From Paramecium tetraurelia (taxonomy: Eukaryota), in NCBI GenBank assembly GCA_000165425.1, contig CT867997.1, positions 62,001-126,000 of the forward strand: a DNA stretch of 64,000 nt. Direction: 5' to 3'. The notes beneath the pieces were generated by a model, which searched no databases, was not told where the DNA came from, and worked only from the letters and a program-made list of their open reading frames with translations. Positions 41,156 through 54,400 of the stretch are shown piece by piece; position 1 is the first letter of the stretch, and each line of letters begins with the position of its first letter. Both the position numbers and the translations under genes were made by a program.

Positions 41156-42169
41156 ATGAAATTAAAATCAGCAATTGTTTTCTTAGATTATTCTTTGAAA
41201 CCTAGAGTATTCTAATTAGAAAGATATGCCATTAAGAAACTTGAAAAACCTGATGGCTATAAATTAATCTATTTCAAAGAGTTCGAAAAAGCACAATAAT
41301 TTGCCATTCAGGCACAATAATTATTGGAATTGAAGCATGTTGAAAATTTATAATAAATGATGATTTCAGACATCAGTTTAATAAGAGAGAGAAGGTATCG
41401 CAGAGCTTTATTTTTTTAGTTAAAAAGATGGATAAATAAGAGAAATTAGTGTTTAATAATAAAATGTTTTCGATAAGACTTATAATGTAGAAAATACAAA
41501 AATATAAAATAGTTAATTCAAATACAAATAGGAGAATAAGATAGATAAATAGTTTAAAATTGATGATACTAATTAAAAGGATTTTTATGGTATTTTAGAT
41601 GAGATTGAAGATAAAATGAAGAAAATATCAATTAGCAGATAGAGATTAGTAAAATTGGAGTAATTGGATTAGTAATTTGCCACTCTCTTACATTATTATC
41701 CAAAAAATCTAGAAATTATTCCAATTTAAACAGATAGTCTTTATACACTTTATTTCGACGGTGCAAGTAAATCTAATCCAGGTCCTGCTGGTGCTGGCAT
41801 AGCCTTGTTCGATAAAATGAAACTAATTAAAGAAATAACTTAACCTTTGGGGAAGTAAACAAATAATGTGGCCGAGTTTTTGGCTTTGTTTTTTGGAATT
41901 AGATACACTTTAAACTTGGGTATAAACTTTTTAGAGTGTTTTGGAGATAGTAAAGTATTGAGATCATTGATTATTAGCTTGTAATAGATGGGATGAATAG
42001 TAAGATCAATTTTAAGCAACAACATTTGGAAGACATTAGAGTTGCCATATGTGATTATGCTTAGTTATTTAAGAAGGTTAAATATACTCATATTTCGAGA
42101 GATCAGAATCAAATCGCTGATAAATTAGCTTCAACTGCTGCTCAAATATAGAAAAAGAATGAGCTGTGA
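41156..42169 (+). CDS. Ribonuclease HI, archaeal/plant (aRH) type, with N-terminal extension
   Basis: YTLYFDGASKSNPGPAGAG..TNNVAEFLAL..CFGDSKLVI..YTHISRDQNQIADKLA with D-E-D-D intact; two introns (25 and 23 nt). Confidence 0.9.
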
Positions 42170-42221
42170 GTTTTTAATATAATTTATAATCAAAAAAGAA
42201 AATACAAATTAATCAATATTA

Positions 42222-44437
42222 ATGTTAAAATATTTACGAGTACGTAATCCAGACTTTGCTGATCGGCAGTAACCTAGTATCTTTTTCTCCACATATTAAA
42301 AGGTTCTATTGATATCTTGGATTTATACTCCGTTATTATTAGAGATCATTAAATGGAAGACTAGCTTAAGCACATCTTAGTCAAAGACACTTACGAGTAA
42401 TGACAATTAAGTTAGCTTAGATTTGAAACCATTTTTAAGTCGACAATCACAAACATGGATATGTACACACAATTAATTCAATATAATGTTGATGCTTTCA
42501 TTGATTTGCAATCTTTTAGATTCTTACTCAAAGGAGATATCAAAAGTGGAAGAACTCATTGTTTGATTGGTGCTCCCCAGGATCCGGGGCTACTATTAAT
42601 TTTTACTGGACATGTATTTTATAGATTGGAAGAATTAAAAAAGCTTGAGAAAAATAACACTTTTGAAAATAGATTTAACTATAAAATGTTTGTATAATTG
42701 ATATTAAAATTAAGCTAAAATGCTATCTAAGGGAAAACAATTAGTATTTTGATGTGTTAACAAATTGCAAAGAACCTATGAATGACTTTGAAAGTGTAAT
42801 TTCATTTGATTCCTAATTGGCATTTCTAAAATTGCTTAGAATTATTCTTAAAAACATAGACTAAAGAGTATTTATTACTATTATTGTATAAATAGAAATT
42901 TGAAACTGCTAAGGAATATCATACATATTAATAAAATTAAGGATCATTTAGATTGGGTTAAGTGACTTTTGATTTTATACTTGAAAAAACATCTACAACT
43001 TGGTATGGAGTCTAGGAAATTAAATGTGCACATTTTAAGTTTGAAACCATTGATCTCTAAACACCAACTGTTGCATATGATTAAGACAGAGTAATCTACT
43101 TTTTAAATCCTGCCTTAAAATATCAAAATAGTACTAAAACAATTCTAAGAGATTCAAAGTTTGCTAAAATTAGCAAGTAGACTGATAAAATAGATATTTA
43201 AACAATAAAGAATAAATTTAATTTTAGTAAATATTTGTATATATTTAGTTTTAAGATCGATTAAAATTATTAAAAATAGAGATATATTAATTCAATTATA
43301 ATTATTATTCAAATAATTTAGAAAAGAAATTGAAAAGCTCAATCTAATATTGGAATTGAAATCAGATGTCATTGAATAAGTCCAATAATAGTTAAGATTG
43401 GATATTTAGGCAATAGGAAAAGTCATCACATCAGTTGATGTTAGAGTATATATAATAATTCGATTTAGGAATTCCTCTTGTCTAAATTTTTACTTTATTA
43501 AGTAAATGAGTCTTTCGACATTTGTTTGCCCTTCTAGAAAAAAATAGATCTTATTTTAGCCAAAATTAGAAAAATTAAGAAACAGAAGTTTACTTTAAAT
43601 GCAGATTACAATGATAATTGTCTAGAAACAAGAGTATTTAAGGATATTAAAAGAAATCTTTAAGATATTTTAAATTTCATTAAGGATGAGGTTTATAGTG
43701 AATAACATAGAGCATACAATTATTAATAGATAAAAAACCATATATAAGAAGACTTTGTTTAACAATTGCCTGATGTTCAAATTGAAGATTTAATTTAAGC
43801 TGAGGTAACCTAATAAAGTTCTAATTCTTAATTGCCTACATTGGAACAAAAAAAACATATGAGATCAAAACAAAATTCTCTTTTAATTGAAAAATTTAAG
43901 AATGGTGAAAATGTATTAAGTATCGACTATACTTTAAAATTGATCAAATAAACAGCAAGATCTCATTAAGGTATCACTACTACGAGAAGTCATATACCTC
44001 GTTTGAAAACAGATAAATGCAGTTTGCAGTCCTCAAAAAAGGCTTAATTAAAATTAATTAAAATTGATACAACTCCAAGAGGTGTTACTCTTTAAAGCCC
44101 AATGTTTATCAATTTAGAAAATCAGAGCACTTCTTTGACGAGTTAGAAACAAAAAGAATTTAAATAACCTGAAGATTATAAGAAATTAAATAGTGTGATA
44201 AACAACAGTTCAAAAATATTGAATACCATGAGTTAATTGAGTAATGATTAACTTCAAAATAGTGTAATGTCTTCAGATGAAATAATTAAAGGGTTTTAGA
44301 GCAAGGTTAAGCTTAAAAAATGTACTCAAATTTTATATTTATTAGACTAATCTTTGTATAAGATGCCAAATCTTTCTACAAATTACTTAAACTGTTTAGA
44401 AAGGATGGTTAATTTGGAAATTAAAAGTAAACAATGA
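42222..44437 (+). CDS. Highly divergent kinesin-like protein (degenerate motor domain plus coiled coil)
   Basis: YLRVRNP..TYEFETIF..LIQYNVDAFIDLQSFRFLLKGDIKSGRTHCLIGAPQDPGLL..YFLNPALKYQNSTKTILR parallels kinesin motor elements. Confidence 0.65.
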
Positions 44438-44466
44438 AAATATATAAATTATATATATCTTATATT

Positions 44467-45248
44467 TCAAAATAACACTATCGAAATAAGTAGATTTAGA
44501 GTGATTATTAAATTACTATAAGAATTATCAACCTAGAAAATATGTATACATAATGCTTACTGGGCAGTATAAACAAGTTGATCCATTCCAAGTGCAAGAA
44601 TTAACACTGCAAGATGATGGAGTTGTATAAGTGGAACAAGCAACAGATTCACATTGATTATTTTACCATGAACATTCATATGATGCCATTCTGCTACAAT
44701 CATATTACTAATAATTATAATAGAAATACACTTTCCATATCAGAACATTTTAAGGTACTAAAACTTTCACATTATTTCTTCTTTTATATACAATAAGGTA
44801 TAGAATTGCAATCATTATTATCCAATGATAATCTATTGCAAGTTTAAAATTTAAGACAACTCTAAGTTTATGAATTCCAAAAACATTATATTCCTGTAGG
44901 AGTTATGCCATTACACTTGTCTTAGGTTTGAAAATTACAATCTTCATAAGGAAGACAATATCCATCATTTGCGACACATCCAAATATTTGATTGCAAATT
45001 TGTTTATCTGTGTAAAAGTTACACTACTATCCATCATGACATTTCTCCAAATACCAAGCACATAAAGGAGCTATGCATTTCGATTATTATGTAATCTCTG
45101 TGCAATTTGGTTGATAACAATTTTTCCCATTCCAATAGCATCCTTAAAATGATGTACAGTATTAAGGTTGAGTAAAATTGGAACATTAACATTGTTCTAC
45201 ACCTGAAATAGATTCTAGAATAAACAATAAAGTAATTAGAATTCTCAT
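44467..45248 (-). CDS. Cysteine-rich surface protein (mini-antigen-like), probably GPI-anchored
   Basis: Signal peptide MRILITLLFILESISG, periodic C..C.W....C units, hydrophobic C-terminus LIITLNLLISIVLF*. Confidence 0.82.
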
Positions 45249-45278
45249 TTTATAATTGTATTTATTAAAGTATAGTAT

Positions 45279-46452
45279 TCATTAATAACATTGTGTATTA
45301 TGGTTTCCAAACCATGATGTATTTGCAGTATGATTTTTAGAATAATCTCTATATGATTTTGGAGTCACACTTCTAACTATTAACTTAGATATTGGACTCA
45401 TTCTGAATTTCTACGATTGTCTTTCCAGAATTTCTTCATGTTCTCTATTTTGTTATTTCATTTTTAAATAATTGTCATATTGCTATTATCTTTCCATAAA
45501 CTAGCAACCTGAGAACTTTTGATTTACTATATCCTACGAATGTTTTAAAATCTTTGGGCTGAAGCTTTATTATTACAAGTCAATATCCTAATTCATTTAT
45601 TCCTTCTCCATTCTTTATTGAAACACTTTCATTTCAGTCTTGTTCACCCTAGAATAACTATCAATAATACCAACTCTGCTATGATTTGTACCATTAATCA
45701 AATTGCTTTTTGTTCATGGGAACCTTTCTCCCATTCTGCTAAATCTTACTGGATTCTGTTTACTCTTTTGTACAGTTATATTCAGTTTTAAATCTTTATG
45801 TATATTTATTAATTGAAGGTATTTCCTAAGCTTTAGGTTTTGTATTCTATGTTAAATTCTTTTATTTTAAAATTTATGTGGTTTGAGTGGCCTTATTCAA
45901 ATTCGGGTCCATGGTTTATTGTAATTAAATAGTGAATTTGGAATTCGTTGGTATTTTACAAGAGACTGTTAATTGAGTTTAAGTTTCGTGATTTACTCTC
46001 TTTATGATTATCTTTTTATTATGTTACAGAATTGGGTTTTGAATTGGAGATTTGGATGTTTTATTTGTATTAAAATTTGAATTCATTTAGGCTTCATATC
46101 TTCTTTCAGATGTAGGAGTAATCTATGACTTTTTATTCAAGGACGAAAAACTTGTTAAATATTGATTTTATTGTTTCTATGCAATATCTGAAATCTAATT
46201 CATCTCTGGAGATATTTGGCATTTCAAAGTTTAATTTGTAGAGTAGTTGGTTTCATAATTGAATATTCTAGGAGATATTATGGACTCTTCAGTCTTTAAA
46301 TATTTATCTAACTCCTGCCTTTTCGATTAATACTATTATTGTAATTCAGCAACTTAAATTATACAGATAAATATACTTTGTCTTTGCCTAATTAGATATT
46401 ATTAAGTTTCAAAATCTTCTTCATCACTCAATATTTCTTGGGATTAATACAT
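45279..46452 (-). CDS. Hypothetical protein
   Basis: MYQSQEILSDEEDFE...; MNKKQFDQWYKSQQSWV..SFSPKILKHS..FMERQQQY; short introns; TGA at 45279-45281. Confidence 0.6.
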
Positions 46453-46925
46453 GATCTAAAAATTATCAAATTTATTTATAAATAAATTATATTAAAAATA
46501 TAATTATAATATCAGGATTTACAATATAACAATTCTTATAGTAATCTGCTCGGTTGATGTCACCTTTCTTAAATGAACTAAATTAATATGCAATAATCTA
46601 TTGAAATCTTATTTCTAAAGTAATTCTTGCTATTCTAATATATAAATTTTCTACTTTTTGTTTTCTGAAAAATCAAATTGTCCCTATTTTGAGAAAATCC
46701 TTACTTTTGTTTTCAAATTGATCATTGCTGATTGTAGTTAATATAATTTTGTTATAAATTTAACAATGACCAATTTTTTAAATTTCAAAATGTGAAAGTC
46801 TAAATAGGTTTTGTATTTTGACACCTATTAAGTGAATTCAGACTTAAAGTATATTTTATAAACTTTATAATTGTGAAAGAACAATATAAATAATATTTAT
46901 TTTTAAATATTAATAATATACACCT

Positions 46926-48914
46926 ATGTCTAACAACAATCATTCTGATGATGAAGAAATGTTTGTAATATTTATGATTCTTACTTTAGCTTGTGGGCAA
47001 GATCCAAGCTTAAAAAGTGGAAATAGAGGCACTTTAAAAATAATTAAGGGTTACAGAATTTCAATTTAAACAACAGATATTAGAAGTATCACTTATATTG
47101 ATAAAAAGCTCACAAATGAACTTGAGAGAGAGAGGAAGAGAACGGGTGAATTGGAGAATGAGATAAACACCTAAATTAGTTCAATAGGACAGGGTGAAAT
47201 TTAATCATTTGCCACTCAACTTGAATAAAAATTGTCAGAAGCTGAAAATAAATTGTTAGAATATAAAGCAAATGAAGTTTATTATGCTAATAAATTTATA
47301 GTTGAAATTGCAAAAAGAAATATAGAGTTTAAAAAGAAAGCCAGAGAATGAGGAAATTGATGAATTAAAATAATAGTTAGTTAAAATGGAAGAAACAGCA
47401 ATTGCATTAATAGTTGAAAAAGAAAAAGTTATTTAAGATCTAAAGAGCCAACTTGAATGTTCAACATAGATCTAAGAGACTTTCCACGATTAAATCCATC
47501 ATTCTGATGTAGATGATGAAAAGGATATTAAAATTTAAAATTTAAAATAATTAGTATAGGAATTAAATTAGAAAATAGAATAAGACTAGTTGCATTTTGA
47601 TGAAAGATTAATGAAATTAGAGCATGAAATTACTGAACGAGTGTTAGACAGCATTAGTCATTAAATTAATGAATCAAAATCAGTTGAATAAGATTTGCTT
47701 CATTAGATTAATCTATATGAGGAGAAAATAAAGAATTAAGATAAGTTATTAGTTAGTTAGGAGAAATTATTATAATAAGTTAAGGATGAAAAATATAAGG
47801 AAGTTAGTTTTTATGAAGGCAGAAATGCTGAGATGCAAAAGAAATTATCATCTGCATTGTAATAAGTACTAAAAAGTGACAGAAAAAGTGAGGATGCATT
47901 TAAATAATACACCAATTTGCAGAGAGAGAAAACAATTCTTTAAAAGCAAAGAGACGAATAAGTTAAATTAAATGTTAAATTGGAGAATAATATAAGAAAA
48001 TAAATTTAGGATATGGATGAACTTAGACAATATAATAATAGCTCTTAATAATAAATTGATGATTTAGAATAATAAGTTAATCATTTAGAATAATAATTGC
48101 AAGAAACCAAGTTTTATTATGAAGAATAATTATAAATGCAGAAGATTCATTTACCTAGTGAACGATTGCCTTCATAATAGGAAGAGTAAGGATAAGGAGG
48201 AAATCTCTTAAGTGAATTACTAACTGAAGAAATTTCAATAGAGAAACCACATAATACTTAATAGAGTGAAGATAGCTTTCATCAATAAATTCCATAAACT
48301 CCCCAGTCTAAAAATGGAGGAGGTCATTTGTTTGCATCCTCTAGAATCTCAAATGCAAGTGTAAATACTAAAAGAAGATATTAGGAGATGGAATAATTGA
48401 AGATAGAATTGCATTCTGTTAAACATGAAAATGAGTAAAATATACTTATTATTTATATAGATAATTGGCAGAAGAAATAGAAAATTATGAACATTTGGTT
48501 GGTGTCTTATAATAAGAGATTAAAGCATAATTATTAGAAATATAAAATTTAAGAAAAGGAAAACTTGATTACTCATAAGAAAGAGATTTGAGAATAGACT
48601 AGGAATAGTTAAAATAATCATTACATAAGCTTGAAACTCATTTTATTACTGCCAAGTTAAGTTGGGCTGAAGAGGTAAATTTCTTAAAATCAGAAGTAAA
48701 AAGAGCTGAGAAATAAGCATAAGAAAGCACACTATTATATAATTAAATATTGACTGAAAAGGAGTATTTCCAATCTAAGTTGAAGAAACTTGAAACTTAA
48801 ATTGCAAAGAAAGAAAAAAAGAATTAAAATTCATAAAACACTCCTTTAAGTCCAATTAAAGAGGATGATTAGACAATTAAAAAAAAAGGATTCTTATCTT
48901 ATTTCGGAAAGTGA
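46926..48914 (+). CDS. Hypothetical long coiled-coil protein
   Basis: MSNNNHSDDEEMFLVGKIQAQKVEIEALQKQL... with introns restoring the frame; ends KKKGFLSYFGK*. Confidence 0.75.
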
Positions 48915-48983
48915 AATGTAAAATTTTGTTGATAATGTATTCATATAAACTAATAAATTTTGAATAAATTTCATTTTATAAAA

Positions 48984-50072
48984 ATGGATTAAAATGTTTA
49001 AGAGTAAGAAGAAGAGCTTGATGAAAAACAACTGTAAGAAAAAATGAGGTATGAGAAAATATAAAAAGAAATCTAAGAATCATAGGATAGATCAACTGAA
49101 ACTCTTTAAAAAATGAAACTTACATTCTAAACAATTGATGATGTCTAAGAGTAGGCAAGATCAACAGTTGATAATATTGACAACTTTTAAAAAACATTTA
49201 GTGTCACAATGGATAAACTACTTGAAAACATTGGCAAATCCTTAATTTCGAATAGTATAAAGTCAAGTGAGCATAATCCAAAAACTGCTATAGAATTAAC
49301 TATAAATGAAGCTAAATAATTAATCACCAAAAACACTGTTATTTTATGTGGTGCAGGTCTTAGTAAAGCAAGTGGTATTCCTACATCAAAAGAATAAAAT
49401 GGAGAATGGATAAAAGGAGAATGCAATTACCCATTATCTAAATTAAAAACTAGAGATTTCTTAGTAGATAATCCGAAAGTATATTGGGAATGGCATAAAT
49501 AATATAAACAATTAGTATAAGATAAAATACCAAATGCTGGTCATCTTGCTATAAAGAATTTTAAGGAAAAAAACAAAGATGCTTTAATTGTTAATCTAAG
49601 TATTGATAATTTATTGGCGTCTGTGTTTGAATCGGAAGAGATTAAGTATGGCTATAACAAATAGATTTATGAAATTAATGGTAATATCAAATATATGAGA
49701 TGTTTGTATGAATGTACATTCTAAGAAGCCGAGCTAATGACTGTGTATGACATTCCAGACCTAGAATTAAACGAAATTCCAAAATGCCCTATATGTGGAT
49801 CAAAAGGAAGACCTCATTTATTGCTACTTGATGATGAGATTCTGGATGAAAATTGCAGGATAACAGAAATCTAAGAGTTATCTTAAAAGTATGAAACAAT
49901 TATTGTAATTGGCACAACTTTATAAACTCATTTTGCAAAAACCATGGTGTGTGAATTTATAAAGAAAAAAGCCACAATAATTGAAATAAATCCAGAACCA
50001 GTTATAGAAGTTGGAAATACATTTTGGTTGATTGGAAAATCAGAAGAAATTCTGCCAGAGTTGTTAGATTGA
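48984..50072 (+). CDS. Sirtuin (CobB/SIRT5-like) domain protein with N-terminal coiled coil and degenerate catalytic motifs
   Basis: Intronless 362-aa ORF: ILCGAGLSKASGIPT, NPKVYWEWH, PNAGHLAI, RCLYEC..PKCPICG..RPH, VIGTTL, IEINPE. Confidence 0.88.
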
Positions 50073-50319
50073 AGGGGTTTTATTTATATTATAACATCAT
50101 CTAAATTATATTCTAAGTTAATATTTGAAAATTGAATTCAAATCAAACACTATGGTAAAATTGGATGAATTAGAATAATAATCACAATGTTGTTGTATTT
50201 TATTGATTACAACACTCATCGTTGAAAATGGACTCATAGAGTTTACTTGTTTTATATAATATCGAAATTTAACAATACTTAATTATTAATAAATATATAT
50301 ATAATCGTAAGTACAAAGA

Positions 50320-50972
50320 ATGAATCGAGAATTACAGCCACCATACAAATTAGACACGGATTCAACTGAAAGGATTATAAAAGATTTATTGATTTATAAA
50401 GACGCTCAATTGAAGGTCATCCTTAAAAAATATATTGATATCACTGCACCATAAGAAACATTGAGCGAAGAAAAATTGTAAATAAATCGACTAAATAAAA
50501 AGACAATAATTGGTTACTGAATTTTAAAAAGAGATAGCTGTTTATGAATTTTAAATAGCCAAGGCAGCCAGATAATTGGAGGCATAAAATTTTGATAGAG
50601 AATAAAATTAAGAATTAAACAAATCGATAAGTAATTTATCACAGTGACTTTCTTAGTCGAAGGAATTAAATAAACTGATTTGGAAATAGAAAATCTGAAA
50701 AGTGTGTATCAGATTGAAGAATAGATAAAAATTAATAGATAACATTATGAAAATCTATCTAAATAAATAAGTAGTTATGAAAATGTTGACACTGTTATGA
50801 AAAATATAGAAGCAGCAACAATAAATATTGAATAATTAAAAATTCAACACAAATAAGCTGCAGAATTAATTAAAATTAAAGAAAAATAATTATTCATGAT
50901 GGTATTTATAATATAATTACAATCTAGTTGCATTTAATGCAGGATTTAATTGAGGTCAAGTATGAATTATGA
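50320..50972 (+). CDS. THOC7: THO complex subunit 7 (THOC7/Mft1)-like
   Basis: ERIIKDLLI..YEFQIAK..IENLK..KINRQHYENLSKQI..KEKQLFMMLHLMQDL follows the THOC7 helix pattern (KNRQEYDALAK); three introns. Confidence 0.7.
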
Positions 50973-51127
50973 TAGTCTTATTAATTTGTGTTGAATATTA
51001 TTAAATTTAAGAATTAAAAACATTTAAATAAGAATTCCGATTAATTAAACCAAATTTGATGGGAATTTTATGTGAAATACAAATTTAATTAAGATTATTC
51101 AATAATTAATAAAATTAAAGAAAAGCA

Positions 51128-51304
51128 ATGGATAAGCTAAGCTCTAAATTGGACAAGTTTTACACCGACTTCTATGAATTTGAAACCCACCCAAGAAACA
51201 ATTCAACCTAAAATCAGATCGATCTCAATACTTCATTGGATCTACACTTTAAAGATCTGGAGTCCTTACAAAGCAAAGATTAAAGCTCCGATTATGAGGA
51301 CTGA
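51128..51304 (+). CDS. Possible small acidic protein (58 aa)
   Basis: MDKLSSKLDKFYTDFYEFETHPRNNSTQNQIDLNTSLDLHFKDLESLQSKDQSSDYED*; coding-like composition, no homology recognised. Confidence 0.35.
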
Positions 51305-51478
51305 GCACCCGGGGATATTGATTTATGATTCTTATAGATTAAAAGTATGTATTAGAACCAACAAAACATTTCTATTTTTAAGTTACTATTTCTTTTTAAA
51401 TTCTCCAAAATGAGATAGAGTAAGAAGACTTATTTACTTTATTGTTATCATGATAATCATAATTCATACATATAATTT

Positions 51479-54400
51479 TCAGAGGAATTCAAATAACAAT
51501 TCTTCTAAATTTTAAAGTTTGTGCCCAAAATTAATTAAATTCATTTCACAAGAGTTACTTGAAGAAGAACTATTTTTAATTAGATGAGCTTGCTTTATAT
51601 TGACAACACAATTCTTAAGGCCGTGATAAAGCTTAATGGGGATTTCTTAACCGCAGGAATTCCAAACATTTTATGACTTAATTAAACCTTAATTGAATTT
51701 AAAAAATATACCGTTTATTATGTGTAATCTTCCATTCAAAGAGATGGGGTTATATCGTGGATCTTACTTTTCTTCATGAGATTATATGAGGGAATTCCAG
51801 AAGTGGAATCCCAATTCAGGCATATCATTTGGGCAAGTTTAAAATACTTCCTTAGATTTCTTCAACGTATCTGTCAACATATCATCTATTTCGCAAAACG
51901 CATTGATTATTAATAGCCCTCCAATTCTAGGAAGATTGCTCTATACATGTGCCACTAATTTAGTATAATTTATTACTGTAACTTAGTACTTAGAATCCAC
52001 CATATCCATATCCTATGAATTTATAGATGTCGTTATTTTTAATTATATCCTTCTGACATAGTTCAAACAGTAGTGAATCCAACAATAAAGAAATATCTAA
52101 ATTGTCTTGAATTATGTTTGGATCGAACACTGTATAGGACTACCCTACAATGAAAATAATAGTTGTACCTGGTAAATTCATCAATAAAATAGTTGTATTA
52201 GGTTTAATATTCTATTACATAATGTCTAGATATTCAAATGAATTATCAAAGAAATCTCCTAAAAATATCACTATTTGATGCTCTTTCTCAGTTAGATCTA
52301 ATCCACTTTAATTGTCTTTATTAAATTCTTAATCTTCTTCCTAGTGTTATAATATTAAATATGGGATGGCACATTATTCAAAGCAAAAGTAATTGACAGA
52401 CTCCAAAAATATATCCGGAACACTTTCAGGGGGATATTCTAAATCATAGAGTTGGCAAACATCTAATAAACTATATTGAGTTTATGGGACTTCAATCACT
52501 CTTAGCTTACCCTAAAAGAAGGATTATCTATTTGAATTCAACTATCTCTAACTTTTATTGATTCTATTTCTCTAAAATTAATCTGATTAACTATCTGATC
52601 TCTTTAAGTGTTAAGATTCCATTTAGCTTCTTTAAGATTGAAGTCTACCAGATTGTTATTTTGCAGATTAAATCTTATTCGGTTTTGGAGGCTTAGTGTA
52701 ATTAAGAAAGCCCATAGTTAATCTGTTGATGTCAATATTGTTGGTTTTAGAACTTGAAGAATTTCGTTTTGTGTTTTCCAATTGAGGTTATTAGCTAGGC
52801 ATGAATAATTTAAATGTTTTTGGAGCCTATGAGTGAGCAGATTGTATCACTCTGAATTGTTTAGCACTCTATATTTTTCTAACTCTGTTTTCACTTTAGT
52901 CTTTTTCTGCATTGTTTTAAGAAGCTTGAGTTTTTATTTTTTATAATGATTAATTTTAGTCTTATCTAATTCTTGAATCATTTCTCTTTATGTTAGATCT
53001 CTCTAATTATGATAATTATTAATTCGATGCATTCAAACTTGTTTTTTATTAGGCTAAGGAGGATGAATCCCTTTTAATCCATTATTTTTATTGTAAATCA
53101 TTAGATAATCTCTGATCAAAATACTTGCTAGCCAAAGAGTAAACAACAAAACAATTTTTACATATTTTAACAGTTTTATAGAGATTTGGTAGATTATACA
53201 CTTCAGTTTTGTTGAATTTAAATGGATATTCTTCATCAGTATTAATTTTATCAAACTCTTAAAAATGATGCTTTGAGTTTCTCGTGAATATCTTATTTTT
53301 CATTAGCACCTCTATCACTTCTTGTGAACATTCCCTTGTTCTAAGTATCAATTAAAAAGAGATCTCATGTGGCAGAGTCACTGAAAACTTCTCTTCATTC
53401 ATCTTTTTGTTTCCAAAATATTTCTTGTAATCTGTAACAATATTCTTACGTATTTAGAGTGGACCTCTATTCTTCTCTTCCATTATGTAATCACAAAAAT
53501 CACCAACGCATCTTTATACTATGAGATTCTTATATAATTTTTGACTGATTTCTTTATCATCTTCATAGATAGTTTAAGGTATCTTCATTGGTTTTTTATC
53601 TCTTAATCTCGTAAACATTTTTATTAGGATCAAGAAATTTTCAAAAGAACTATTGTCCTTCAATTCGTTCTTCATGCTTTAGATTTCATAAGGAGCATTT
53701 TCCTGAAAATCAACTAACAACTCCTTCAAACCTAGAAAATATATCATCTGTTAATCATTTTGCATAAATTTAGCAACCAATTTCTTAACTCTCACTTTAT
53801 AGGCTTTTTCTAAAAAATCAACTATCTTTTTGACAATCTAAAATTTACAATTATTAATTTACTTTGGATAATGTTTAATTCATTTAATTATCAAAGAATT
53901 TAAACATGCAATCCACATACTCAACTTAATCATTTTTATTACTTTCATCATAACTGTCTGAATGCTATGTTTATTATTATATGTGCAATTATGACAATTT
54001 CTTTTGCAAAGGCTACAATATTACTTATTTCTAGGTTGACTTTTTAAAAAATCTATAACTGACAGGCAAATTAATAACATCTTGTCTGTATTCGACGTAA
54101 AATAATTCATCTAACGTATAAGATTGTTAATACCTGCTTTTGAATAATTCTCTAAATGCTCTTGCAATATTTATAAACCACTAACATTTCCATCTAAAAA
54201 CATTTTCACCAAATCAACTTTTGTAATTGCTTTTTTTGCTTTACTAATTCTTGCAAACGCACTTATTTCATTCTTGCCAGCCTTGATGATGTCTAATAGA
54301 GTTGTTAAGGTATCAATTCGAAAATCTTCATTTTGCTTTACTCTGCATAAGACTCTACATATTTCTACAAAATTCAATTTATTTGAATTCTTTTTTAATA

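Noticed and set aside
41156..42169. RNase H as part of a retrotransposon
   Set aside because: No reverse transcriptase, integrase, LTRs or target-site duplication nearby, and the gene has spliceosomal introns
51290..51330. In-frame TGA followed by a GC-rich stretch (possible selenocysteine read-through or snoRNA)
   Set aside because: No recognisable SECIS hairpin, selenoprotein motif or convincing C/D box arrangement was seen
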